Origin: Octopus sinensis | Lineage: Eukaryota | NCBI RefSeq assembly: GCF_006345805.1 | Contig: NC_043001.1 | Coordinates: 126,604,001-126,668,000 of the forward strand | Length of the DNA: 64,000 nucleotides | Reading direction: 5' to 3' | Part shown: positions 26,382-39,294 of the stretch, in pieces | Position numbering within the stretch: the first letter of the stretch is position 1 | Layout of the letters: each line of letters begins with the position of its first letter | The notes under the pieces: model-generated | What the model was told of the DNA's origin: nothing | The model's input: only the letters and a program-made list of their open reading frames with translations | Database searches by the model: none | Program-made: the position numbers and the translations under genes

Positions 26382-27235
26382 CGAGGAGGTACGGGTACCA
26401 AAAGAAACCGTAATTTTGAAATGTTATTTTATTCTCTTAGATTTACATGTTTACTCTTTTATCGTTTTCAAAGTAGTCTTCATTTAAAGCAATGCATCTA
26501 TCCAGACGCGTATTGCAGTGTTCGCAGCAATGTTGGAACTCTTGCGAAATCATGCGTTTGAACACCGCCATCGTTTTGCTTTTCTTTACCTCTTCCGCAT
26601 CTGCAAATTTCGTAACACCAGTGATGACCATCGAAATAGGGTCCGGATTAACTTCCAACCGTTCTTTCAGTTCACAGCACGCATTCAGTCGTGACTACTT
26701 TTGATCTTCAGTGAGCTAGCGAAGCACAAATTTTGCAGTAACTTTTTTCATTCGCAATTCTTCGCTCAGCATTCGTTGGCAGGAGCTCCAGGACACACTA
26801 GTTATATCAACAAGATTGTCAATTGTTCAGTGACGGTCCCCCATGAATTTTCGTGTTCAGGAGGTCGATGGTCGCTCTGAACAAGGTTGGGCCTCAAGCG
26901 ACAAGTGACCATTCCAAAATGTGAAATCCACTCGCAGATTTCTGTTTTGCTCTTCGCAGCGTTCTTGTCAGGTATTTGAAGCATGGCGACTGCTTCGGCC
27001 GCTGTTTTCCCAAGGAGAAAACAGAATTTCACAGAAGCATCGCCAAAATCGACGAACAGGGGAGAAGCACTGCAAAACAATGACGCCCCATGTGGCAGTA
27101 CGACTCGACTTAATGACGCCGGTCAGTAGACTGATGCGTAAGGGTTGCATCAAGAGGCCTCTGGCGACGAAAGCTCGAAGTACGACGGGATTGTCCCACA
27201 GACAACGTTTCCAGTTACTTTTAGGTACCATCTCG
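26382..27235 (-). mobile_element. Mariner element, internally deleted/decayed, TA-flanked
   Basis: Termini TA|CGAGG..GGTACCAAAAGAAACCG and CCAGTTACTTTTAGGTACCATCTCG|TA; HTH peptide SVKFCFLLGKTAAEAVAMLQ..EWISHF; C-terminal KFADAEEVK..RLDRCIALNEDYFEND. Confidence 0.88.
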
Positions 27236-27239
27236 TATG

Positions 27240-27272
<33 letters not shown>

Positions 27273-27279
27273 TCAAAAT

Positions 27280-27362
27280 AAGCAACAAGAATATCTTCGG
27301 TAATTTGGTACGATGTAGCGTGAAACGATCGTTCCAAATTACCGAAGATATTCTTGTTGCTT
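27280..27362. repeat. 35-bp-arm inverted repeat (hairpin)
   Basis: AAGCAACAAGAATATCTTCGGTAATTTGGTACGAT / ATCGTTCCAAATTACCGAAGATATTCTTGTTGCTT, one mismatch. Confidence 0.9.
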
Positions 27363-27666
27363 TTTTTATTATAATCACCCCATGGATTTATATGGATAAC
27401 ACCGGACAAAATTCTGGTGCATCTAACTTAAGTACCATATTCATTTGAATCTATATATACATATATATATATATATATATTCATATATGTATGTACGATG
27501 TATATATATATAGTGACGTATTTTTGCCATTTCAATATGGCTAACCCCTAAGGGTGGATGCTACTGTAGTTTTTAGCCCCAGGAGGACACACTCCTCCAG
27601 CTGGCCATAGACACACTTTCTGTGTCCTGTCAGTATTTGCAAAGGGAAGTCATCCTTCCCGTCTTC

Positions 27667-27733
27667 AACTTATGATACACACGGACTCGAGTTTCGAGGT
27701 ATTGACCACTCGTCAGCGTGTGACATCATAGTT
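27667..27733 (-). ncRNA. Minimal Type I hammerhead ribozyme (retrozyme unit 1)
   Basis: Minus: AACUAUGAUGU CACACG CUGACGA GUGGUCAAUACCUC GAAA C UCGA GUC^CGUGUG UAUCAUAAGUU; predicted cleavage between 27684 and 27683. Confidence 0.88.
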
Positions 27734-28018
27734 GTCGCCGAGAATTAGATTTCCTTCACAAATACTTATACTTTTTCCAGCGTCCACTGTCGCTGATATT
27801 GAAAAAGTGAAATCAAACAATGATAAATATCAAAGTGAGTTATATACAGTAGCGGTAACACATCGTGACGTATTTTTGCCATTTCAATATGGCTAACCCC
27901 TAAGGGTGGATGCTATTGTAGTTTTTAGCCCCAGGAGGACACACTCCTCCAGCTGGCCATAGACACACTTTCTGTGTCCTGTCAGTATTTGCAAAGGGAA
28001 GTCATCCTTCCCGTCTTC

Positions 28019-28086
28019 AACTTATGATACACACGGACTCGAGTTTCGAGGTATTGACCACTCGTCAGCGTGTGACAATCATAGTT
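28019..28086 (-). ncRNA. Minimal Type I hammerhead ribozyme (retrozyme unit 2)
   Basis: Core identical to unit 1 (28030-28074); predicted cleavage between 28036 and 28035. Confidence 0.88.
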
Positions 28087-28344
28087 GTCGCCGAGAATTA
28101 GATTTCCTTCACAAATACTTATACTTTTTCCAGCGTCCACTGTCGCTGATATTGAAAAAGTGAAATCAAACAATGATAAATATCAAAGTGAGTTATATAC
28201 AGTAGCGGTAACATATCGTGACGTATTTTTGCCATTTCAATATGGCTAACCCCTAAGGGTGGATGCTACTGTAGTTTTTAGCCATATATGTATATATGCA
28301 TGTATATATGTATGTTTCTATGTGTGTATGCATGCGTTTCATCA

Positions 28345-28575
28345 ATTACTTGTTTCAGTCATTGGCTGTGGTCATCCGGGGGCACCGCCTTGAAGTATTT
28401 TAGTCGGACGAATCGACCTCAGAACGTATTTTGATTTCAACCTGGTGCTTATTCGATCGGTGTCATTTTGACGAACACCCAAGTTACAGAGATGTAAAAA
28501 AATATATTACACCGTTTGTCAAGAAGTGATGGGGGACACAAAGCTGGAAATATACATACACGCTTATACATACAT

Positions 28576-28606
<31 letters not shown>

Positions 28607-28731
28607 TATGATATACGATATAGTGTATATTTATACACATAAGGAATCCACTTTAACGTGAATTCAACACATTAGAAGGAATAGCTAGGTTCTGTAAACC
28701 ACAAAAAAAAGTATATATATATAAAATAAAG

Positions 28732-28763
<32 letters not shown>

Positions 28764-28975
28764 TTGTGTGTGTGTGCGTGTGTGTGTGTGTGTTGTGTGT
28801 GTGTCTGTATGTGTGTGTGTACGACGGGCATATTCAGTTTCGGCCTAACGTATCCAAACACAAGGATTTAATCAGTTTGAAGCTATAGCTAAGACACTTG
28901 CCGAAGGTGCTGTACAGTGGAATTAAATTTCGGAAGTAAGTGGCTGGGAAGCAAACTTGTTGCCACACAGCCAGA
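28345..28975 (-). mobile_element. Decayed SINE family B with expanded internal microsatellites
   Basis: 3' part TTACTTGTTTCAGTCATTGGCTGTGG at ~28345 and head GACACTTGCCGAAGGTGC..CACACAGCC at 28890-28972. Confidence 0.65.
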
Positions 28976-29315
28976 TATACGTTGATAGAGAGAGGTAATG
29001 AATTTACTGGCATAGTGAGAAGTTTGCCACGAAAAATTGATACGTGTTTATACCAAACTATAATCCGCCTCTACTTAACTTAGATTCACCACTTAACATT
29101 CATTAATTTACATGTCTAAACAAGATTTGTTACTCTTGTTATCTCGAATTCCGAACAGAAAAATGTGAGAAAAAAATCCTAGTAATCCCAAATATTAGTA
29201 GATTTTGTTCGAAATACATAGTGAGATCTTTGTTTTGAGCTTTAATTAGTTCCAGATTGTCATTTATTATAGTTTGTTCTGATCTCTGATAACGTTCCCG
29301 GCTCCTCCTACCTAC

Positions 29316-29355
<40 letters not shown>

Positions 29356-29376
29356 GTATGTATGTATGTATGTATG

Positions 29377-29409
<33 letters not shown>

Positions 29410-29430
29410 CTATCTATCTCTCTCTCTCTC

Positions 29431-29476
<46 letters not shown>

Positions 29477-29489
29477 AATATATATATAT

Positions 29490-29524
<35 letters not shown>

Positions 29525-29765
29525 TATATATAATATAATATTTACATTCAAAAACTTACTGTTTTCCCCATCCCTCTCTCTTCTCTCTTCAATCGTAGGA
29601 TAAATTCCTCGAATATTTAGTCTTGTGGAACGAAATCCTAAACAGCGTTATTGTAGTTGTTTTTTGTTTTTTGAAAGTTATTGTTGATCAGTCCTGTAAA
29701 TCCTTGGTAAGATACATAGACAAATAGATAGATAGATAAAAAGATAGCTTGTTGGATTAATATAC

Positions 29766-29815
<50 letters not shown>

Positions 29816-29849
29816 ATAAATAAATAGATAGATAGATAGATAGATAGAT

Positions 29850-29881
<32 letters not shown>

Positions 29882-29901
29882 ATAAATAAATAAATAAATA
29901 A

Positions 29902-29936
<35 letters not shown>

Positions 29937-29963
29937 CATAGACAGACAGACAGATAGAGAGAC

Positions 29964-30059
<96 letters not shown>
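29766..30059. repeat. (GATA)n/(AAAT)n/(TAG)n compound microsatellite
   Basis: Direct reading. Confidence 0.95.
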
Positions 30060-30406
30060 TGTGGGCATGCGCTGTAGCAATTCGGGACTGCTTCCTCCAT
30101 TTGTTGGTGATTCTCCTCTCCTAGCGGATCACACCTTTGCACCACTCAGGTGACAACCCTCCAATTTGCTTGGGTAGTCTTTGCTGGTGAGGGTTTTACG
30201 ACGTTGGAGCGCAAATACTACCACGTCCTCTCTTAGTCACCTTTTACGATGCGCAGAAGAAACATTGGGTTAATATATATATGTGTGTGTGTGTGTGTGT
30301 GGTATGTATGTATGTATGTATGTATGTATGTATGTATGTATGTATGTATGTCATATGCATGTTTTCTGCTTGCCTCGGTAGATTAAAACAAGCAATATTT
30401 AAAATA

Positions 30407-30500
30407 TGCGCAGGCGTGACTGTGTGGTAAGAAGATTGCTTCCCAATGACATGGTTCCATGTTCAGTCCCACTCCGTGGCAACTTGGGCAAGTGTCTTAT
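30407..30500 (+). mobile_element. SINE family B 5' half (split by a Tc1/mariner insertion)
   Basis: GCGCAGGCGTGACTGTGTGGTAAGAAG..GGCAACTTGGGCAAGTGTCTTA; continues at 31351. Confidence 0.85.
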
Positions 30501-30501
30501 A

Positions 30502-31348
30502 CAAGGTATCCCGAAAGACAGTAACGGGTTTTTAACTTCCTTAACTTTACAAATAAATGCATGAAATTTTGATACAATATAAAGGACATAAAGGAAATTA
30601 ATCTGCACAGGTCAAATTTTGCAACACCATTACAACACATATGAAAAATGACATCGCTTAAACGTCAGTCATTTTCAGCTTCGCACACCCGTGCTCTTTC
30701 TAAAATTTGCACCATAACTCTCTCAAGAGTTTCAGACTCCACTTCTCTAATTTCTCAATTGATGTTCTCCTTGAGTCGGACCAGGGTCTCCGGTTTGTTG
30801 ACGTAAACACTATCTTTCAAGTATCCATGATTGAGACCCTTTTTGCGCTCGGCCATTCAAAGTAGACCTCAAAGATGGTTCCGGCAAGATGGGGCAACTG
30901 CTCATACCGCAAGAGAAACAATGCAGTTGCCACGACAGTGCTTTGGAGAGAGAATAATCTCCCGCTATGGCAATTCAACTAGCTTTCACGTTCCCCAGAC
31001 TTGAGTAACCCGCTTTTTTTCTTGTGGGAAAACCTGAAAGAGAGGGTTTACGTCAAACATACCAGAGACCCTGGTGCAACTGAACGAGAACATCAATAAA
31101 GAAATCAAAGAAGTAAAGTCTGGAACTCTTGAGAGTGTTAAGGGGCAACTTTTGGAAAGGGCACGGGCGTACGAAGCCGAAAATGGCTGTCATTTTTCAT
31201 ATGTGATGTAGTACTGTTGCAAAATTTGACTGGTGCATATTAATTTCCATTATGTCCTTTATATTGTATCAAAATTTCATGCATTTATTCGTAAAGTTAA
31301 GAAAATTATTAAAAATTGAAGCCCATCAGTGACTTTTGGGACCCGCTG
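30502..31348. mobile_element. Non-autonomous Tc1/mariner derivative with ~330-bp inverted ends
   Basis: TA|CAAGGTATCCCGAAAG...CTTTTGGGACCCGCTG|TA; + strand transposase relic WFRQDGATAHTARETMQL..SPDLS..FFLWENLKERVYV; left end is an inverted copy of the same 3' end. Confidence 0.85.
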
Positions 31349-31350
31349 TA

Positions 31351-31530
31351 TTATAGATTCGGACCGACCAAAGTCTTGTGAGTGGATTTGGTAGACGGAA
31401 ACTAGAAGCAACTCGTATATATATATATATATATATAATATATATATTATATATATATGCCTTTGTGTCTCCGTTTGTCCCCACCACCACCGCTTGACAC
31501 CGGTTCGACAAAAAAGATCGATAGAATAGA
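31351..31530 (+). mobile_element. SINE family B 3' continuation
   Basis: GGACCGACCAAAGTCTTGTGAGTGGATTTGGTAGACGGAAAC..TTTGTCCCC..CGCTTGAC. Confidence 0.8.
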
Positions 31531-31539
31531 TAAAATAAC

Positions 31540-31772
31540 TATTTCCTTCTCAAGCCAAGCCAAGCTCATGAGGGCCGGCTTCCTGGTTTCAATAGCATAT
31601 ATATTCCCCATCTGGACTGGACGCTGGTCCGTCGCAGGATTACTCATTTTTGCCAGCTGAGTATATTGGAGCAACATGAAATGAAGTGTCTTGCTCAAGA
31701 ACATAACGCATCACCTGGTCCAGGAGTCAAAACCACAATCTTACGATCAGAAGTCCAACACCCTAACTCCAC
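31540..31772 (-). mobile_element. CORE-type tRNA SINE (further family)
   Basis: GAAATGAAGTGTCTTGCTCAAGAACA..ATCTTACGATC..CACCCTAAC is the reverse complement of a tRNA head plus CORE. Confidence 0.75.
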
Positions 31773-34700
31773 TGATAGAAAAATACCAGGCTTCAAAAAA
31801 TAAGTACTGAAATCTTTAGAGTATGCTGCAGTATTTGTTCCGGCTTTGTATGCATTTATTTAAAATTCCACCATGCCCTACTTTGGTAGTAGACTTAATC
31901 CGTCATTGACTCAACATGTCCACATGACACCTGGGGTGTCTTTAATAGATTCTGCTCTGTTGCAAGCATTCAGAGCAGCTCTCTCTCTCTCTCTGTCTCT
32001 CCCTCTCACCCTTCTCTTCCTCACACTCTTCTCTCTGTATTACCATTGTAGCTCTCCCTCTGAAACTATGTAAATGATAATAGACCCTACATTTCTTTCT
32101 GATAAAAGGATTTTAAAATACTTCGCCGTATTTGTTTCGGCTCTTTACGTTCTAAGTTTTAACCCTATCGAGGTTAACTGTACCGTGCAACGTCAGCGTG
32201 TATTGCGCTCGAATTAAATTACTGCTGACCTGTCAAACTCAAATCGTCATTCAACCGTAGGACTTTGATGACGTTTGACTTCTTAGCCATCAAATCAACA
32301 GTCTATCTATAACTCACTATACTACTGCCGACAGGAATTTTGCAAGGCGAAACAAGACTAATTATGGATCCCATCTCGATTCTCGGAGAAGGAGGAGATC
32401 CTCTCAAAATGGCAAATTTCAGGTCCAAATGGATCTTCAATCTTCAGTTAAGCTTTTTTAATAAAAATAATTTTATAACGTGAAATTTTAAAGTTGTATT
32501 TTTTATCCTTCTTTACAGAAAAATATAGTTTTAATATCAGAAATATTAAATTTCTAAATCTCTCATAGAGATATGTACGGTGGTGGGGCGATAGAATGGT
32601 TGTATACTGTCAATCTAAGGTAATATGAACAAAATAAACTTTTAGTGTGTGACTATGAAATTATAGTTGAAGATTATTACTAATCTCAAGCTATCAGAAC
32701 ATGGTGACCGGTAAACTGTCATAAAAGCTTTATTCCCTGTGATCAAGAATGACCAAATAACAATATACTTTACACAAAAGCCTAGACTTTCTAGCTTTGC
32801 AAAATAACAAAATCAGCTTTTTTTTTTTTTGGCTTTTTTTGAAACGTTCGATTCAGTAGTCAGTCTTTCTAAATCAAGTTGAGTAGAAACAAAACAATGT
32901 TGAGTTTACTAAAAGATTTTTCTGCTGATGTTCCTGTAGCTGGAATTTTCGGCAATATTTTTTAGCTAACATAAATATTTGGAAATATTTCACTGAATTT
33001 GTAGTCAGTTAATAAATTTGGCAATTCTAAAACTTTTAGCTCCAGTTTTCCAAAATATTCCGTATCTGCTGATAATAATTGTTGTTTTTCTGTCGTAAAA
33101 TCTTCATAATTAAGATCATTAGGATATTACGTGCGCTTTCGCTTTATATTCTGGTTTACTTTCACTCATAGAGTGATATTTCTATAAGAACTTTCAAAAA
33201 GTCAGCTACAATATAGTATAATCGATCAAAATATATAACAGATTTTCTTAAGCAGGCCTCGTCTGGCCGTGAATCATCCATGCTCGTCATTACCCACCAG
33301 GCCGGCATCCAGTATTCTATCGCAATTCAGTCTCCTAATTATCCAGCGCCCATGACAGAGTTCAAATTCAATCTCAAGATTATTATCCTTCTGTATACGC
33401 TACTTGAACAGATGTTTTCCAATCTTTGTTATATACTGTCTAGCATCATTAATCGTCCACTTTCTAATGCTAATATATTGTTAATAAGATTAGGTAAAAG
33501 CTTACATGGGTACGATCCGATTAAGGAGATATATGAATATGAATGAAGGGAACGCCGTTATTGCTATAGCTATAATAAATTTGTAGCACAAAGCACAGAA
33601 TTCACTAGGCTTTGGGCGTCTTTAAAAAATTCAAATAAATATAATAAATCATACAAAGTCATTTTCATCTTCATCATAACTCGAATAGACTGAATATTAA
33701 AGATAGCTGTATACCAATCAACTCCATGTCAAAGAATAAGAAAATACGAAAATTTTCAGTGAATTTTGCGCTTTCATTAGATATTTTTTCTCATTATTTA
33801 TAGAAATGCCGCTACAGTATCAGTAAAGTGACGTTCCTTCGCTAATTATGCATCCTGCATCAAGATTGTTAACGTCCAGTCTGATTCTTCGGTCACAATC
33901 GGAAATCTGAGTTCGTAAACATTACTCTTTCTTTAAAAGGGTGTTTTTGTATGTGTGTATTAAGATATATCTTTTAGATATATCTTTTAATGTTAAACTA
34001 TTACAGAAATCGAATGTATCAATCACATTTCTTTTCAGTTAATCATATTCTTAAAAAGTTTTACCAATATGATGTTACGTACGCTTTAATTAAGAAGTTC
34101 ATACATTATAGCCGAGACGAAAGCTAATACCTAAATAAGATTAGTGAACCTAAGTAATAATGAATACACATAAACTGTAGTTTTCTGAAAAATGGTTTGT
34201 ATAGACTTCTTTTGGATTTGGAAATACCGATCTGAATTCATATAAAACTTGAATATAATTTAGATGATTTCGCATGTCCAGTTGATAAAAAATTTAAACA
34301 GAGACACCTGTCTAAAAAGCGACACAATGTGCGAAACTAGGCATATGCGACAATCCTGTGAATAGTTATCATTTATTTCTTCACAGGATGAACTTATCTG
34401 TCCACTTCGTAAAAGAAACGGTAAGTTCCGGTAAGAAGCCAAAAAATGTCCGAAGAATTTTATGATTGCTAACTTTTGTGAAATGATATAATGGAAGGGA
34501 GCTGTGGGTTCTTTTAGGGAGCAGGTTTGCAGATATCCACCGGTTCATTTTGTTTTATTCTTTGTTTTATTTTTTCTTTCTCTTCAGACTCCAGATCAAT
34601 GTACCATTGGAACAAGCTCTTATAGGCCATGAGTACCACCACACACACACACACACTTTAACACCCGTACACATTCTATCATTCACTAACACATACACAG

Positions 34701-36286
34701 GCTGTGTTTAAAAAGTGGACAACATTAAAAGGGAGAACGATAAAGAAAAGGAGTACATTTTAATCTAGCAGGTATTAGCAATTTGTTGACCGTCTACAAA
34801 GTACATAAATGCAATCTAAAAGAGAGTATTACTGCTGCATGCATACAAACGCTCAAAGCCATCTGACTGATTAGCAAAACTTCACTTTAATCTTCGCTAC
34901 AATCAATAATTCAATAGTGTTTTGTTTAACATTGGTTCTCTACCATTGCTATGAAGGTTCTTCATTATGTTAACTAAAAAAACCGTTTACCACACCGTTC
35001 TTCTTTCTGGCAGTATCGTCTTAAAGCATGTGCACATTGCGCAGTTGTCCGGGTGCTTCACATGTATAGGGCCCAATTCTGAGCTAAGCATGTTATGGTT
35101 TGCTGTCAATAAATAAATACCGCAAGGTCCAGTTCATTGATTTGCCTGGGGGGACTATAATGCTGCTAAGGCGACCTTGCTTTCAGATTCGCGATTTCGA
35201 TTCACTGGTAGCTTTACATATTCCTTTCTTTTTCTGTTAGGAATTCTCCATTCACCAGCTCAATTCTGATGTCTGTCATAGATACAAGTGGCTCATTTCA
35301 ATGGATGGCAAAAGGAGTTTGTGATCGCTTCATGTTTACCGCTGGCTGCAACCGGAAATTACATCTAGTTAGCTTGAAACTTCCTTTTGCCTGGTATCCT
35401 CCAGAAAATAAAAATCAATTGCCCACATCTGGTCAACTCATCAATCTTCATAAATTCCTTCAGCGTTTTTGTTCATTGTTGCGCTAATTCAAGCTTATCT
35501 ATCTGTCTGATTTTCAATTGTAGCCCTCAGTAAATATTATTCTTTATTCCCTGAATCATTTCATAAGTGAGAGAGAAAAAAAAAGGACAAGAAAGCCTCT
35601 TCTTTTTTTAATCAAGATTACTAACACACGTTAAAGATAACGCTCGTTTTAATCATTTAAAGAGCAATAAATATAATCTGAGGAAGTTGTAAATTTTCCA
35701 TGTTCCGGCAGAGGAAACTAAAGACCTCATCTCACAGCGGTAGCTGTAAATAGGCGCGGTAAAGATGTAGTGTTGGTTAGAGGTGGTGGTGGTGGGATTG
35801 CTTTATAATTGACAACTGTTTCTTTCGCTACTAGAGCTGGGGTGAATTCTCATCTGAGGATATTGATAAAGGCAACTTGAAACTACTCCAGTATTCTCTC
35901 TTCAACCTCTACACGCACCAGTGCCTCACGGGTTACGTCGTATTACTTATATTTATAAGGTATGGAAGATACTATATATAGCGAAAACAATAATCTCTTT
36001 TATTCATAAACTTAATCTTTCTCGTTATGTCTGTCTTTCTTCCTTTCCTTCATCCTTTTTCTGGCTTTTTCTTTCTTCCTCTTTTCTTTCTTTCTTCCTT
36101 TCTCCTCCTTTTCTTCTCTTGCTTTGTCCGTCGTTTTCGAATCACATGAAAATTTATGATCGGTATTTATTCCAAGTTTTTGTGACACTGAGTTCGCGAT
36201 ACGTCGTCGTTATCGTTGTCATCATGATCGTGATCATCATCATCATCAACATCATCATCATCATCATCAATCATCATCATCATCAT

Positions 36287-36317
<31 letters not shown>

Positions 36318-37895
36318 CCATGCAGTCGTCATTTTGACTCTCGAATACACACAATTAATTTTTAAGCTGTGTGGACTGATGCAACGTGAAGTTAAGTGCC
36401 TCGCTCAAGGAAATCGAACCCATGACCTTACTAACACGAATCCCTCAGTTATGTACCTTCGCAAAGGATTCATTCAAGAGATAAGATTCCTTTCCGTGGG
36501 ATAAGACACAGGTATATCATAGGTTGCTTTTACAAGTGGAGAATAAGTTACAGCACTGCAACATCTGACTCGTCAAAGCCTCAATGCTACCACTGCCTAC
36601 AATAGTGAGTCATATTATCCTGCAGCAACTCCTTAGGTTTGATGAAGCCTTTCAAAGTCAGATGATAAATACAAACTACAGACATCTCAGCTGATTGTCC
36701 GGTACAATTTCCAGGTTCTTCCTACCTCTCAGCAACGAATCGGTAGTCATAATATTTTTTTTATAGAATTTATGTGAAATACAAGATCGAATTTGGACGT
36801 TAAAACTATCAGTTCCTGTTTGATATTTGTTTCCTTGAATTGAAAAACAGCTTCGTATTGTGTGTGTGTACGTCTGTGTGTGTGTATGTGTGTGTGCGCA
36901 CGCGTGTGTTTTACCGCTATTTGTATTAATTCCTTTTTACTTTTTCTTTATTTTTTTCTGTCTTATAACAGCAAATATTTTACAGTCATAGTCTACTAGA
37001 ATGAAATCACCCTTCTTCTCTACATTCGTTATGTATAAATATAGTCTTTGATTTTTATAATTTTCCTTTTACTAGAGGTATGTGTTGTAGAATCGACACC
37101 CGAGGTTCAAAGTAACTTGCCGCATTTAAACGTTATTTATCTTGTTTTGCACAGATCTAAAATTGAGAAAATAACGTACTGTCAAGAACTAAAGTTAATT
37201 TTATCGACTAATCTCTCCCCTAAATTGTTGTCTCGGTACGTAACTTATGAGTATTATAAAGGTTAAAAATCGGCATAATTGTTGAGCGTCAAAGAAAATG
37301 CTTTGCATTTTTTATTCAGTTCTATAGTTTCTATGTTCAAACCCCGCCGATACCTTTCATCATTCCCTGGTCGATAAAAGAAAGTACCAGTCAAGTACCG
37401 GAGTTTATTTAATTGACCAAACTTTCCTCCAGATTTCAGGTCTTGTGAAATTTTTCTCGACTCTTTATATTCCGAGTTTAAGTAATGCTTAACATCGCTT
37501 TCCCACGAACTGATGGCATTATGCCAAAATTAGAAAATATTGGTTTCAAATTTTGGTACAATGTTAGCATGTTCTGGGGAGGGGATAAGTCGATTACATC
37601 AATCCCAGTACTTGACTGTGATTTACTTTATCGACAGCAAAAGGCAAAAAACTCGACGGAATTTGATCTCCAAATGTAAAGACGGATAAAATGCCATATG
37701 CATTTTATCTGGCGTGTTGATGATTCTGCCAGTTCGCCAAGAATTTATAGATGGATAGTTTGTGGTCGAGCAACCTAATGTGACTCACTCAGAAGGCTGT
37801 AATCTCATGTGGTAGGAACCCGGTAAAGAATATATAAAACACAAGACTGTGACTTTAAATGTCTTTAATGTCGGCCTCACACACACACACACACA

Positions 37896-37954
<59 letters not shown>

Positions 37955-37964
37955 CACCACACAT

Positions 37965-38010
<46 letters not shown>

Positions 38011-38041
38011 GGTTTGGTGATGATATACAGGTATTATATAT

Positions 38042-38175
38042 TCGACGGACTTCTTTCAGTTTCCGTCTACCAAATCCACTCACAAGGCTTTGGTCAGCCC
38101 ATGGCTATTGTAGAAGACACTTGCCCGCCCGAGGTGCCACGCAGCGGGACTGAACCCAGAACCATGTGGTTGGGG
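38042..38175 (-). mobile_element. SINE family B fragment
   Basis: CTTCTTTCAGTTTCCGTCTACCAAATCCACTCACAAGGCTTTGGTC..GGGACTGAACCCAGAACCATGTGG. Confidence 0.85.
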
Positions 38176-38177
38176 CA

Positions 38178-38504
<327 letters not shown>

Positions 38505-38518
38505 CGTATGTTTGTATG

Positions 38519-39050
38519 TATTAAATACAAAAATGCGACAACAAAACAGCCAGACAATCGATACAAAGAAAACAAGACTGGTCATTCGGAGTTTTCTTTC
38601 TTCAGTCGATTTCCAGATTATCTTTGCAATTTCAGCTGTTTATACTCGAGATTGCTCCCCACTCTCTCAAATTTCCTGGCCTTCTCTTCATGCTCACCTT
38701 TCCTCTTTCACTTCACTCTCTCCCTTTTATTTTTCTTCTCGCCCCTCCTTAATTCTTCTATCCCTCTGCCTTTACTTCTCTCTCTTCTCTCCCCACGTTG
38801 TTAATGTCCTGTTATTTGTATTTGTGTACCATTTCTCCGTTTTTCCGGTCTTGCTTTCTTGCAAGGAATCTAGTGCTATTAGGTTATTTTTTCCTTGGGG
38901 CTGGCCAGACTGGAGCAACCTCGAGTGTAAACAGCCGAAGTTACAAAGATAATCTGGAACTCAACTGAGGAAAGAAAACTCCGAATAACACGTCCTTGTT
39001 TTCTTTGTATCGTCTGTCTGGTTGATTTATGTCCTGTTTTTGTATTTTTA
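38519..39050. repeat. Inverted pair of diverged ~140-bp repeats (possible Penelope-like ends)
   Basis: 38519-38662 and 38910-39050 are reverse-complement homologs; related copy at ~49905-49985. Confidence 0.65.
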
Positions 39051-39122
39051 TATATAAAAATATAGCGGCGTGCGTACACTTTGGTCTCTTATACACCACA
39101 CACACACACACACACACCACAC

Positions 39123-39154
<32 letters not shown>

Positions 39155-39227
39155 TATAAATATATACATATATAAGCACTATCTTGATGAGAAGACAAGG
39201 GAGACAAGCTCCCTATGTCGGAGATAC

Positions 39228-39294
39228 AGCCAGATCATCGATGATTTCGCCTTCTGATGTCTAATGCATCTTAACGCTCATCAGTGGTTTGGCT
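39228..39294 (-). ncRNA. Hammerhead ribozyme-like motif
   Basis: Minus: CCA CUGAUGA GC..GC GAAA UCAUCGAUGA UC^UGG; perfect palindromic stem III, imperfect stem II, short stem I. Confidence 0.6.

Larger units (their letters stand above)
27513..28283 (-). mobile_element. Tandem 352/353-bp repeat with one hammerhead per unit: candidate non-LTR retrozyme
   Basis: Units start at 27513, 27865 and 28218 (2.2 copies, almost identical); flanked by (AT)n; each full unit has a Type I HHR on the minus strand. Confidence 0.85.

Noticed and set aside
27513-28283. CRISPR array or plain satellite interpretation
   Set aside because: Eukaryotic context, no repeat-spacer structure, and each unit contains a hammerhead core
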